A DNA stretch of 64,000 nucleotides from a virus (lineage: Duplodnaviria; Caudoviricetes), in IMG/VR virus record IMGVR_UViG_3300045806_000179, positions 859 through 64,858 of that record, one strand, 5' to 3'. The translations under genes and the position numbers were made by a program. Numbering within the stretch: the stretch's first letter is position 1; each line of letters starts with the position of its first letter. Positions 38,501-48,077 of the stretch are shown one piece after another. Under the pieces are notes generated by a model that was not told the DNA's origin, made no database searches, and saw only the letters and a program-made list of their open reading frames with translations.

Positions 38501-39571
38501 ATGCATGTAATTCGCTCTCGAAATGTCAATGATGCCTACCGTCAGGGAATGAGGCACCTCCTGGACTGCGGTGATCTGCAGGGAACTCGCGTGGCGCAGG
38601 CTCTGGTGGCTCCGACTCCGGTGACCACTGTCTACTCGCACCCGACGGAGCGAGTCCACTTCGACTCTCTGCGCGACGCGAATCCGTTCTTCCACATGAT
38701 GGAGAGCGTGTGGATGCTGGCAGGATCACGTGACGGACGCTGGCTCGACTATTACGTCGGCGACTTCTCGAAGAGGTATGCTGAGTCTGACGGAATGATC
38801 CACGGAGCCTACGGACATCGGTGGCGGAATCACTTCGAGGATCGAAGAGATGGAACATTCAACAGTGTAGACCAGATCACAGAGATCGGTCGGATGCTCT
38901 ACGAGGACTCCATCACTCGTCGCTGCGTGATGGCGATGTGGGATCCTGAGACTGATCTCGGTGCTGAGAAGGCCGACCTTCCGTGCAATACTTCAATCAT
39001 GTTCCGCACGCAGGAGGATCTCAGCGGAGAGCAGACACTTGATATCACAGTCTGTAATCGCTCGAACGACGCCATCTTCGGGGCATACGGTGCCAACGTG
39101 GTCCACATGTCGGTTCTCGGAGAGGTCGTTGCTGGTCTGGCCGGAATGCGACTCGGCACCTACTATCAGGTTAGCAACAACTTCCATGCGTACAAGGACG
39201 TGTTCGACAGAGTCGGCGCGAACGACTTCCAGTCCGACTTCTGCGTCAGTGAGTACGATGTGATGGAGCCGTTCCCCATTGTGTCCGGTAACTCCAGGCA
39301 GTCTCTCAAGTTCGATGCTGAGCAGGTCCTGAAAGACTGCGAGTACTTTGTAGCGAACAGACACGACCAGAGCGACAACTTCTATTCTGGAACGTGGTGC
39401 CGCTCTCACTGGATGCTCCAGGTTGTTCTTCCGATGCACCGCGCACACTCTCTGTGGAAGAGTGGTAAGGATCTGGAGGGTGCTCGTGCTCAGCTGAGCA
39501 GCTGTGCGGCACACGACTGGTCCATCGCCTGCGATCGGTGGATGACTCGTCGCGTGAGAGGAGTGAAGTGA
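38501..39571 (+). CDS. Thymidylate-synthase homologue, likely dUMP hydroxymethyltransferase
   Basis: RDANPFFH..E..W, GAYG.RWR, TRR, DLPCN, NRSND..GAYGAN (Asn suggests a dUMP substrate); cluster context. Confidence 0.85.
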   Translation: MHVIRSRNVNDAYRQGMRHLLDCGDLQGTRVAQALVAPTPVTTVYSHPTERVHFDSLRDANPFFHMMESVWMLAGSRDGRWLDYYVGDFSKRYAESDGMIHGAYGHRWRNHFEDRRDGTFNSVDQITEIGRMLYEDSITRRCVMAMWDPETDLGAEKADLPCNTSIMFRTQEDLSGEQTLDITVCNRSNDAIFGAYGANVVHMSVLGEVVAGLAGMRLGTYYQVSNNFHAYKDVFDRVGANDFQSDFCVSEYDVMEPFPIVSGNSRQSLKFDAEQVLKDCEYFVANRHDQSDNFYSGTWCRSHWMLQVVLPMHRAHSLWKSGKDLEGARAQLSSCAAHDWSIACDRWMTRRVRGVK

Positions 39572-40140
39572 TGTCGGAGACTCTGCGCAGAATCGTCCAG
39601 ATCAGGGCAGGTGGTGCTGTCGAGCGCTGTCACGGCATTCGTCACGTCGGATCGTACAACAATGCCATGCACCAGTGGGGCGTGGCTATGCTCATGCGGA
39701 CACTGTGGCCGAGGGACTTCCCTCGACTTGTTGCTCTCTGTCTCACACACGATGTTCCAGAAGCGTGGGTTGGCGACATGCCGGCCACAACGAAGAAGTT
39801 CGCTCCTGGTGTCAAGAATGCCATGGATCTTCTGGAGGATCGGATCTGCGTCGATCTTGGTCTTCCTCTGGAGGTTGGACTGTCCCATCTCGACAGGCGC
39901 AAGCTGAAGTGCTGCGACTCTCTCGAGCTGTACATCTGGTGCATTGAGCAGAAGATGCTGGGCAATCAGTTTGCCCAGGAAGTTGCCTCGCAGCTGGAGT
40001 CATTCTTCGAGAAGAGTCCTCTCTTGCCAGAGGCACACGAACTATACATGGAACTGCGACTTGACAAGCTTGCAGTTCGACCGAAGATTGCCGGCGTCAT
40101 CGAGTCGCTGTGCGAGACACAGGAGGTAACTGCAGCATGA
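39571..40140 (+). CDS. HD-domain 5'-deoxynucleotidase (YfbR-like)
   Basis: V.R.H, H.WGV, HDVPE...GDMP, LK..D.LE. Confidence 0.85.
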   Translation: MSETLRRIVQIRAGGAVERCHGIRHVGSYNNAMHQWGVAMLMRTLWPRDFPRLVALCLTHDVPEAWVGDMPATTKKFAPGVKNAMDLLEDRICVDLGLPLEVGLSHLDRRKLKCCDSLELYIWCIEQKMLGNQFAQEVASQLESFFEKSPLLPEAHELYMELRLDKLAVRPKIAGVIESLCETQEVTAA

Positions 40141-40601
40141 GCATCGTAAACAAGACGCAGATCGGCGGAACGCACTATCAGGTTTCCGCCGGAAAGATGC
40201 AGCACTGGGATGTCTGTGCCCAGTTCGGCGTCCGCTATCTCGAGGGATGCACCACCAAGTACATCTCTCGGTGGCGAAAGAAGGACGGACGGATCGGTCT
40301 ACAGAAGGCCGGACACTTCATCGACAAGATCATCGAGTTACACAGGATGGGGGACTATCCCGCCCCAAAGCATCTTGGTGTCCCGACGAGTGTCGTAGAT
40401 CAGTTCTGCGATACATACGAGCTCAGTGACAACGAGCGCATTGTCTGTAGGATGATGTTTCAGTGGCGCACGCTGATCGATCTCGAGACTGCCAGGGAAG
40501 CTCTCATGACTGTCATCCGCAGTGCGGAGCAGTTCTCTCCCGGCTCCCCTGAGGACGGCGGACATCATCATCCGCGCGATGAAGAGGACGACATGGCATG
40601 A
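40137..40601 (+). CDS. DUF3310/SaV-like protein
   Basis: QIGGTHY, QHWD, KY.SRWRKK.G...L.KA.H. Confidence 0.8.
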   Translation: MSIVNKTQIGGTHYQVSAGKMQHWDVCAQFGVRYLEGCTTKYISRWRKKDGRIGLQKAGHFIDKIIELHRMGDYPAPKHLGVPTSVVDQFCDTYELSDNERIVCRMMFQWRTLIDLETAREALMTVIRSAEQFSPGSPEDGGHHHPRDEEDDMA

Positions 40602-41425
40602 GTCTGACAGTATATGTTCCGTCAAGAGGTCGGTACGATGAGCGAATGCTCAGGGGTCCGGCAAAGGAGCTCCCGCTAGGGACCGACGTAGTGTATGTTG
40701 TCGGACCTGACGAGATGTGGAAGTACGCTGTGGTGATGCTCGAGCTGGGGATTCCTGCTCGGCTTCTGTGCTGTCCGGAGCAGCCGAATATCGCAATGGT
40801 TCGCAGGTGGATCGGAGCACGAGCATCCGCTGAGGGACTGAAGAAGTTCGTCATCATGGACGATGATGTTGGTCTTCTCGTCCGCAGGGGTACTGACACC
40901 TGGCAGCTTGCAGGAACGACACACGATGATGCACAGGCAATGCTGAACTGGATGGAGGAGGCACTCGACAGCTGGGAGAACGTCGGTATCTCCGCTCGTG
41001 AGGGCAATAACCGTGCCGGTGTAGGCGGAGTCCTTGAACTTTCCAAGACTAACACTCGTCTCATGCGAGTTCAGGGCTTCCAGACTGTGGCGTTCAACAT
41101 GTGCGAGCACGGTCGTACTCAGGTCATGGAGGACTTCGACATCTCCCTCCAGATCCTCGAGAATGGCGGTAGCAACTGCTGCAGCTACTTCTGGGCACAG
41201 GGTCAGGCGATGACCAATGCTGCTGGTGGATGCTCTGAGTGGCGCACGCACGAGGTGCACGAGGAGTCAGCCAAGCGACTGAGGGAACTCCACCCTGGCC
41301 TCGTTCAGCTTCGTGAGAAGAGGAATAAGGGTGACGCTGACGGATTCGGTACCAGGACTGAGGTGACGATCCAGTGGAAGGCTGCATACACGAGAGGACA
41401 GAAGCGTGCCGAAGATAAGAGCTGA
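40598..41425 (+). CDS. GT-A-fold glycosyltransferase (TAGT/GREB1-like DNA glycosyltransferase family)
   Basis: YVPSRGR, I...R.WI, FVIMDDD, MEDFD..LQ, GGCSE.R. Confidence 0.75.
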   Translation: MSLTVYVPSRGRYDERMLRGPAKELPLGTDVVYVVGPDEMWKYAVVMLELGIPARLLCCPEQPNIAMVRRWIGARASAEGLKKFVIMDDDVGLLVRRGTDTWQLAGTTHDDAQAMLNWMEEALDSWENVGISAREGNNRAGVGGVLELSKTNTRLMRVQGFQTVAFNMCEHGRTQVMEDFDISLQILENGGSNCCSYFWAQGQAMTNAAGGCSEWRTHEVHEESAKRLRELHPGLVQLREKRNKGDADGFGTRTEVTIQWKAAYTRGQKRAEDKS

Positions 41426-41624
41426 CGAAGAGCTGATGAGTGCTGTCGGGTTCATCTGCCGAAACAGTACTCAGAGTCCGTTCAGAACAGAACTGATGAA
41501 TCAGGTTGTTCGGTGCAGTGTTGGCAGACTGTACGATCATCTCATCAAGACTGACCGAGACAGAGCCATCGCTGACCATGTGCGGATGATCCAGAGTCAG
41601 ATGAAGAAGAGAGGGTATATCTGA
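41406..41624 (+). CDS. Hypothetical protein
   Basis: Short ORF filling the gap before the polymerase. Confidence 0.5.
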   Translation: MPKIRADEELMSAVGFICRNSTQSPFRTELMNQVVRCSVGRLYDHLIKTDRDRAIADHVRMIQSQMKKRGYI

Positions 41625-43619
41625 ATGCAGCTACCTCTGTTCGTACCAAGCTCAGACTGGAAGGCTCCGACCAGCCTTCCGGTCGTTCCCAGCGGAGTAG
41701 TTCTGGGAATCGACACGGAGACGCGGGACAACGGTCTCGCCAATGACAGAGGTCCTGGCTGGGCGACACGCGACGGACACATTGCTGGAGTGTCAGTCGC
41801 GTGGGGCGGAGAGTCCCACTACATTCCCCTCCGTCATCCAGACACCGACAACATGGATCCAGGAGAGACGATGGCCTGGCTCCAGGACGCCGCCAGTAGG
41901 TCAGCGAAGAACGTATTCCACAACAGCAGTTACGACACCGGATGGCTGGGAACAGAGGGAGTGACCTTCGATCCCGACAAGTCCGAGGACACGCAGCACA
42001 TGGCGTGCATCGCGAACGAGAACGAGCTGTCGTACAGTCTCGACAACTGCTGTCGGCGAGAGGGTGTGCCGGGGAAAGACGAGGCAAAGCTGTGTGAGGC
42101 AGCAGCTGCGTTCGGTATCGACCCGAAGAAGGACATGTGGAGACTACCGGCGAGGTACGTGGGCGGGTATGCTGCTCAGGATCCTCTGGCAACAATCGGT
42201 CTTCTCGAGAAGCTGCAGCCTCGGATCGCAGAGCAGGATCTCACTGATGCGTACCGACTCGAGATGGACATCATGCCGATGTGCAACGAGATGCGCCGTC
42301 GTGGCATCGTCATCAACGAGGACCGTGCTGATCAGGTCAGGTCTAGCCTAAACTCGCAGCTGTCAGACGTACTAGCCGCTGCTACGCGAGACCTTACCCT
42401 ACGCCGCGCGCTCACGACTAAGGACATAAACTCTCCAGTCAAGCTCATGGAGCTCTTCGACCAGCAGCAGGTTCCGTATCCCCGTACTCCCAAGACTAAC
42501 ATGGGTAGCTTCAAGTCCGACTGGATGCAGAAGAGCGCGCACTGGCTTCCGCAGATGATAGTGAGGGCAAGACAGCTCCACGATCTGTCCGACAAGTTCA
42601 TCGGGAACTATATCCTGGGATCAGTCCACCTCGGGAAGATCCACGCGGAGATCCACCAACTAAGGGACGATGACGGTGGCACTCGCACGTACAGATTCTC
42701 CTATGCTAACCCACCTCTCCAGCAGATTCCTGCACGATCTGCAAACGGACGACTCATTAGAAGTATCTTTGAGGCCGAGCAAGGGAAGCTCTGGTATGCT
42801 GCTGACTACTCTCAGCAGGAACCAAGGATGGGAGTTCACTTTGCCAGTCTCTGCAGAATCACCGGGGCTGAGGATGCTGTCAGATACTACTGTGACGATC
42901 CCAGTGCTGACTTTCACACAATGGTCGCAGAGCTCACTGGACTTACTCGAAAGCAGGCCAAGATCATCAACCTCGGACTGATGTACGGTATGGGTCTCCC
43001 GAAGCTGGCCCACTCTCTCGGAGTGACTCTGGAGGAGGCGCAGGAGATCGTCAACCAGTACAATGCCCGCATGCCGTTCATCGAGAAGCTTAACGAGTTC
43101 TGTGAGGGTCGTGCTCAGCAGCGCGGGTTCATCCGTCTTCTTGACGGCGCACGGTGCAGGTTCGACAAGTGGGAGCCGAAGTGGCGAGGCGACGCTACTG
43201 GTAACTTCCTTCTTCCGTACGAGGCTGCCATGGAGAAAGTAGGGAGAAATGAGCGAAAGATTCGCCGTGCCAATACCCGCAAGGCGATGAACTCTCTCAT
43301 CCAGGGATCGTCCGCTCGCCAGACTAAGATGGCAATGCGCGAGTGCTATCGTGATGGTCTAATTCCGCTTCTCCAGATGCATGACGAGATCGACCTTGGT
43401 CTAGACAGTCCTCATGACGCAGCAAGAATTAACGAGATTATGGAGAATGTTGTTAAGTTGAAGATTCCAATGAAAGTAGACGGAGCCTGGGGTAAAAACT
43501 GGGGAATGGCATCTGAGGAGATGGATAAAGGGATAACGCCACCAACTTTCGAGGAGATAATGGCATCAGCTCCAGGGGATGGTAATACAGAGATACTGTC
43601 CAGAAGAACTATAAGATGA
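41625..43619 (+). CDS. polA: DNA polymerase, family A
   Basis: Exonuclease DTET..HN..YD..YA.QD; ADYSQQE.R, RKQAK.INLG.MYG, IQGS.A, QMHDE. Confidence 0.95.
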   Translation: MQLPLFVPSSDWKAPTSLPVVPSGVVLGIDTETRDNGLANDRGPGWATRDGHIAGVSVAWGGESHYIPLRHPDTDNMDPGETMAWLQDAASRSAKNVFHNSSYDTGWLGTEGVTFDPDKSEDTQHMACIANENELSYSLDNCCRREGVPGKDEAKLCEAAAAFGIDPKKDMWRLPARYVGGYAAQDPLATIGLLEKLQPRIAEQDLTDAYRLEMDIMPMCNEMRRRGIVINEDRADQVRSSLNSQLSDVLAAATRDLTLRRALTTKDINSPVKLMELFDQQQVPYPRTPKTNMGSFKSDWMQKSAHWLPQMIVRARQLHDLSDKFIGNYILGSVHLGKIHAEIHQLRDDDGGTRTYRFSYANPPLQQIPARSANGRLIRSIFEAEQGKLWYAADYSQQEPRMGVHFASLCRITGAEDAVRYYCDDPSADFHTMVAELTGLTRKQAKIINLGLMYGMGLPKLAHSLGVTLEEAQEIVNQYNARMPFIEKLNEFCEGRAQQRGFIRLLDGARCRFDKWEPKWRGDATGNFLLPYEAAMEKVGRNERKIRRANTRKAMNSLIQGSSARQTKMAMRECYRDGLIPLLQMHDEIDLGLDSPHDAARINEIMENVVKLKIPMKVDGAWGKNWGMASEEMDKGITPPTFEEIMASAPGDGNTEILSRRTIR

Positions 43620-44101
43620 GAAGATATCATGAGAATCTTCCATCAATCATAAGTAATATAGTTCCTGATGAGCAAGGATGTCGAAGCTGGCCACACACTC
43701 TTGATAGAGATGGATACCCTCTACAACATATAGATGGGAAACAGTGGAGACTCCACAGATGGATTCTTGAGCGCAAACTCGGTAGGTCTATTCTTCCAGA
43801 TCATATGTCCCTGCACACATGTGATAATCCATCATGTGTAGAAGAGAGTCATCTATTTGAAGGAACTCATTCTGACAACATGAAGGACATGTGTAAGAAG
43901 GGGAGGAATGCACATAATCTCTCCGAGCTGCCACGCGGAAGTGATCATCACTCAGCAACTCTGACCGAAGCAAGAGTATTAGCTGCAAGACGACTCAAAG
44001 ATAGAGGATTTGCAATTACTGTAATTGCTGAAGTATTCTGTGTGAAACCAAGAGCTTTGTACAGAGCTGTACGTGGTATAACCTGGAGTCACGTAATATG
44101 A
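43616..44101 (+). CDS. HNH homing endonuclease
   Basis: GC..W, DGY, LHR, LHTCDNPSCV...HL..GT..DN..D; C-terminal HTH ending TWSHV; AT-rich insertion. Confidence 0.9.
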   Translation: MRRYHENLPSIISNIVPDEQGCRSWPHTLDRDGYPLQHIDGKQWRLHRWILERKLGRSILPDHMSLHTCDNPSCVEESHLFEGTHSDNMKDMCKKGRNAHNLSELPRGSDHHSATLTEARVLAARRLKDRGFAITVIAEVFCVKPRALYRAVRGITWSHVI

Positions 44102-44385
44102 GAAACCTGATTCGTATGGGCACAGCTAGTCTACGAAAAGCTGACGGCCCTACTATAGCGCGAGGCGCAGCAGCGGTCGCGTGGGGGACAGCATTCGTGG
44201 TAGAGACAGTCGGAGATACTCTGGAGCGTATCCATCGTGAGACTGCCCCTACCATGGGACAGATCTGCACGACGATAGAGCGTCGGCGCATTCGTCCAGA
44301 GCAGCTTCGTGAGTGGGCGAAGAACCTAAGGCACGCCTCAGAGGACCTCATACTACTGGCAGACAGACTGGAGAAGAGACAGTGA
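44098..44385 (+). CDS. Hypothetical protein
   Basis: Coupled ORF. Confidence 0.5.
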   Translation: MRNLIRMGTASLRKADGPTIARGAAAVAWGTAFVVETVGDTLERIHRETAPTMGQICTTIERRRIRPEQLREWAKNLRHASEDLILLADRLEKRQ

Positions 44386-44600
44386 GTGATAGTCCAACAT
44401 CGTCAGACGTGAGAGTATTCACCAGCACAGGTGTCCTCTTGTCGGTTCCTGAGCTGACAGACATGGACCTGGTAATGGCACTGCGCGATCCGTTCATGTG
44501 GCAGTCCATCTACGTGTCGCATCTTCAGACGCGGCAGAAGGCGATGCGCGAGGCAGTCGTCAACGAGATATCAGTCAGACTGGCAAGGATGAAGTCATGA
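44382..44600 (+). CDS. Hypothetical protein
   Basis: GTGA-coupled ORF. Confidence 0.5.
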   Translation: MSDSPTSSDVRVFTSTGVLLSVPELTDMDLVMALRDPFMWQSIYVSHLQTRQKAMREAVVNEISVRLARMKS

Positions 44601-45328
44601 GAAAGTACGTAGTTGTCGACACAGAGACCACCGGACTGGATCCAGAGGAGGATCGGCTGGTGGAGATTGCGCTCGTTGGTCGAGACGGCGAGGACCATAA
44701 CCGAGGATATGCTGGAGAGATTCGATTCCAGGAGTCTCTCTGCAATCCTGGTCGCGACATTCCTCCGCAGGCGAAGGCCGTGCACCACATTCTCGAGAGC
44801 GACGTTGCCGACAAGCCAACTCCTGCGGCTGCTCTCGCTCACTGCATAAGGTGGATGGATACTGGGCCGGACACTATCTGGGTCGCGCACAATGCTGCGT
44901 TCGACATGGGTTTCCTGAAGGATCTTGATCCGTCCCTCGGTGACAGGAATCGCTGGATCTGTACCTATCGCTGCGCCATGCAGATCTGGCCGGATGCTCC
45001 CGGTCACTCCAATCAGGTGCTGCGCTACTGGCTCGACGTCCGGCCCGAGCTACCGTCCGACCTATACCCTCACAGGGCGCTGTACGATACGCTCGTCACT
45101 GACGAGATCCTGCAGCGCATGCTGGCAGACCACACTCTTGCTGATCTGGTCGATATGTCCCACCGACCGATTACTCTCAGGAAGATGCCGTTCGGCAAGC
45201 ACCGTGGCGTTGCATTCAGGGATCTTCCGTCCAGCTATGTGAGCTGGATCCTGAAGCAGGGTAGCCAGATGGACGCAGACGTTCGCCACACCGCGATGCA
45301 GATGGTCAGAAATCCGTCGATGATCTGA
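44597..45328 (+). CDS. DEDDh 3'-5' exonuclease (ExoX-like, with MPFGKH C-terminal domain)
   Basis: VDTETTG, AHNAAFD, HRALYD, MPFGKH.G. Confidence 0.9.
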   Translation: MRKYVVVDTETTGLDPEEDRLVEIALVGRDGEDHNRGYAGEIRFQESLCNPGRDIPPQAKAVHHILESDVADKPTPAAALAHCIRWMDTGPDTIWVAHNAAFDMGFLKDLDPSLGDRNRWICTYRCAMQIWPDAPGHSNQVLRYWLDVRPELPSDLYPHRALYDTLVTDEILQRMLADHTLADLVDMSHRPITLRKMPFGKHRGVAFRDLPSSYVSWILKQGSQMDADVRHTAMQMVRNPSMI

Positions 45329-45345
45329 CCGCTGACAGACAAAGA

Positions 45346-47115
45346 ATGAGGAGCATTCAATTGTCCAGGAATACATTCGCCATGGGACCACAGGTTGAAT
45401 TTTGTGACCAACTCCACGCAATGAAATACAGAGGAGTCGGGGAAACCTTCAGAGACGCCATGAACCGAATTGCTACCGCGATGGTGGACAAGGGCAGCAG
45501 TCGTCACTACCATCACTTTCGCGACATACTCATGACTCAGCGATTCTCCCCTGCCGGTCGGATTCAGGCTGCTGTTGGATCGTCGCGCGACACGACACCG
45601 TTCAACTGTTTTGTTAGCGGAACTATCCCTGACAGCTTCGTGGACTGTAACAATGAACATGGTTCATCGATCATGGGAAGAGTAACTGAAGCTGCTGCCA
45701 CAATGCGAATGGGCGGAGGAATCGGATACGACTTCTCGACGCTTAGACCTCGCGGTACGCTCATTAAGAAGCTCCAGTCGAACTCCTCCGGACCACTCTC
45801 GTTTATGCACGTCTTCGACGCTGTCTGCGGAGCAACATCCTCAGCAGGACATCGACGCGGTGCGCAAATGGGCGTGCTCAGAGTCGATCACCCAGACATT
45901 ATGGAGTTCGTCAATGCCAAGCATGACAATAAAAACCTCTCTGGGTTCAATATGTCAGTCGCGATTACCGATGACTTCATGAATGCTGTTGCTCGTGACG
46001 CCAAGTTCGACTTGGAGTTTAAAGGCGAGATCTACAAGACTGTCATGGCTGCTGAGCTGTGGGAGTCTATCATGCAGTCGGCGTGGGACTGGGCAGAGCC
46101 TGGTGTTCTATTCATCGACACAATTAACCGCATGAACAATCTGTGGTATTGTGAGACTATTGCGGCGACCAACCCTTGCGGGGAACAGACATTACCACCT
46201 TTTGGTGCATGTCTTCTTGGCTCATTCAACCTGACGCAGTATCTTGTTCCAATTGGTCAAGATATGCAGAACAGGCAAGATTGGGCTTTCGACTTCGACC
46301 AGTTCATCGAGGACATTCCTCACGTCGTTCGTGCAATGGACAACGTCATCGACCGAGCAAAGTTCCCTCTAGTACAGCAGGAGGAGGAGGCGAAGTCCAA
46401 ACGTCGAATGGGTCTCGGTGTAATGGGTCTCGCCAATGCTCTCGAGACGATGGGAATGCCCTACGGAGAGTCTGTGTTCCTCCTGATGGAGGACAGGATC
46501 CTCACTACTCTGCGCGACACAGCCTATCGTGCATCAGTCGAGATCGCCAAGGAGAAAGGATCGTTCCCGCTATTCGACGCCGACCTCTACTGCGGGGGTG
46601 AGTTCATCAGGACTCTTCCAGAGGACATCCAGCACAACATCCGCAAGTTCGGAATTCGCAACTCTCACCTCCTGTCCATCGCCCCAACAGGAACAATCTC
46701 GATGTGCAACGACAATCTGTCGTCGTCCGCCGAGCCGGTGTTCGAGGAGTGGACCGAGCGTGCAGTCAACACTCCTGACGGTCCAGTCATCGTCAGGCTA
46801 CAGGACTATGCTGCCGCCACCTTCGGGACCAAGTCCAAGTTCACCCACCAGGTGACCGCCACTGAGCACGTTGACGTGCTCGGAGTCGCTTCCCGGCTCG
46901 TCGACTCGTCCGTCTCGAAGACCTGCAACGTCGACGGAACGATGGCCTGGGACGACTTCAAGAACATCTATTCTCGAGCTCATGAGCTCGGAGCCAAGGG
47001 ATGCACGGTGTTCAACTCTGACGGAAAGCGCATGGCTCTCCTGAAGAAGTCCACCAGCAACGAGAACGCCGCCTGCACGTTCGATCCCAATACCGGGAAT
47101 CGCAGCTGCGAATAA
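45346..47115 (+). CDS. nrdJ: Class II (B12-dependent) ribonucleotide reductase
   Basis: NCFV, RRGAQM, TNPCGE, APTGT, C-terminal Cys pair; no small-subunit gene. Confidence 0.9.
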   Translation: MRSIQLSRNTFAMGPQVEFCDQLHAMKYRGVGETFRDAMNRIATAMVDKGSSRHYHHFRDILMTQRFSPAGRIQAAVGSSRDTTPFNCFVSGTIPDSFVDCNNEHGSSIMGRVTEAAATMRMGGGIGYDFSTLRPRGTLIKKLQSNSSGPLSFMHVFDAVCGATSSAGHRRGAQMGVLRVDHPDIMEFVNAKHDNKNLSGFNMSVAITDDFMNAVARDAKFDLEFKGEIYKTVMAAELWESIMQSAWDWAEPGVLFIDTINRMNNLWYCETIAATNPCGEQTLPPFGACLLGSFNLTQYLVPIGQDMQNRQDWAFDFDQFIEDIPHVVRAMDNVIDRAKFPLVQQEEEAKSKRRMGLGVMGLANALETMGMPYGESVFLLMEDRILTTLRDTAYRASVEIAKEKGSFPLFDADLYCGGEFIRTLPEDIQHNIRKFGIRNSHLLSIAPTGTISMCNDNLSSSAEPVFEEWTERAVNTPDGPVIVRLQDYAAATFGTKSKFTHQVTATEHVDVLGVASRLVDSSVSKTCNVDGTMAWDDFKNIYSRAHELGAKGCTVFNSDGKRMALLKKSTSNENAACTFDPNTGNRSCE

Positions 47116-47128
47116 GAGGAGAAGAAAA

Positions 47129-47488
47129 ATGGCATTCGAGATTGAGGACAATGTTCCGCTTCCGCCTGGTGCCAGCCGAGGCAATGCTCGGTCCGAGGAG
47201 ACCGAGGCGATCATCAGCCTGAGCGAGGACGGACAGTCGTTCTTCGTCCCGTGCACCGGCGATGCTCGAGTCAGACTGCAGAAGCAGTTGGGGAGCCGGG
47301 GAGCTGGGCTTCGCACAAGTGGGGCGATAGACTTCTACCTCATCACTCGACGAGTGTCCGAGCTCAGGAAGGTCTGGGACGAGGAGATCGGAGACTACGA
47401 GGTCGACGAGGCCACCGGAGAACTGAAGAAGGAGATGACGGACGGACTTCGCGTCTGGCGTCGTGCAACAAGCATCGAGGAGGTCTGA
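47129..47488 (+). CDS. Hypothetical DNA-binding-type protein
   Basis: FEIEDNVPLP..GQSFFVP..GLRVWR; RBS GAGGAG. Confidence 0.65.
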   Translation: MAFEIEDNVPLPPGASRGNARSEETEAIISLSEDGQSFFVPCTGDARVRLQKQLGSRGAGLRTSGAIDFYLITRRVSELRKVWDEEIGDYEVDEATGELKKEMTDGLRVWRRATSIEEV

Positions 47489-47527
47489 CGTCTGACGCGC
47501 TGCCAGCGTCGCTGGATAGGGTATTAG

Positions 47528-47559
47528 GGCGGGCGCTACTAGGGTAGCGCCCGCCTTTT
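47528..47559 (+). terminator. Rho-independent terminator
   Basis: GGCGGGCGCTAC-TAGG-GTAGCGCCCGCC-TTTT. Confidence 0.8.
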
Positions 47560-47648
47560 CCGTAAGGCTCCAGCGGCCTCTGGAGCGGTCTGGAACGGCT
47601 TCCGAATTATACGTGGTTTAGCTTAGGTAAAAGTACGGGGTTAAAGGT

Positions 47649-48077
47649 ATGTCTAGCGACGGTGGACTGTGGCCGGAGGGATTTCGGAAGTACATGCCTC
47701 ACGTTGACTTTCAGCGCATCGAGACAGGTTCCATAGGTGCTGGTGTGCCGGACCTGAACGGATGCTGTAGGGGATACGAGGTCTGGATCGAGCTAAAGTT
47801 CACTGAGACTTACTCTGTCGAGATTCGACCGGCGCAGGTAGGTTGGTGTGAGCGTCGCATTAGGGCGGGCGGGCGTATATATATGGCCACGCGTCGACGG
47901 CACTCTGGAGGACCTCGGAAGGGACCGGCAGTTGATGAGCTCTGGCTGCATCATGCTAGAGACATGAGACACGTTCTCACACTTGGACTACAGAGAGGCC
48001 CACCGCCACTTCTGAAGTGTGACGGTGGGCCGAGTAGATGGCTGTGGCCAGAAGTAGACAGGATACTGTTCGGCTAG
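47649..48077 (+). CDS. PD-(D/E)XK nuclease (VRR-NUC/Holliday-junction-resolvase-like)
   Basis: RIE..GVPDL..WIELK..Q..W..R...GG. Confidence 0.8.
   Translation: MSSDGGLWPEGFRKYMPHVDFQRIETGSIGAGVPDLNGCCRGYEVWIELKFTETYSVEIRPAQVGWCERRIRAGGRIYMATRRRHSGGPRKGPAVDELWLHHARDMRHVLTLGLQRGPPPLLKCDGGPSRWLWPEVDRILFG

Noticed and set aside
41625-47115. Inteins or introns in PolA and NrdJ
   Set aside because: Both are of normal length with contiguous motifs; the HNH is free-standing
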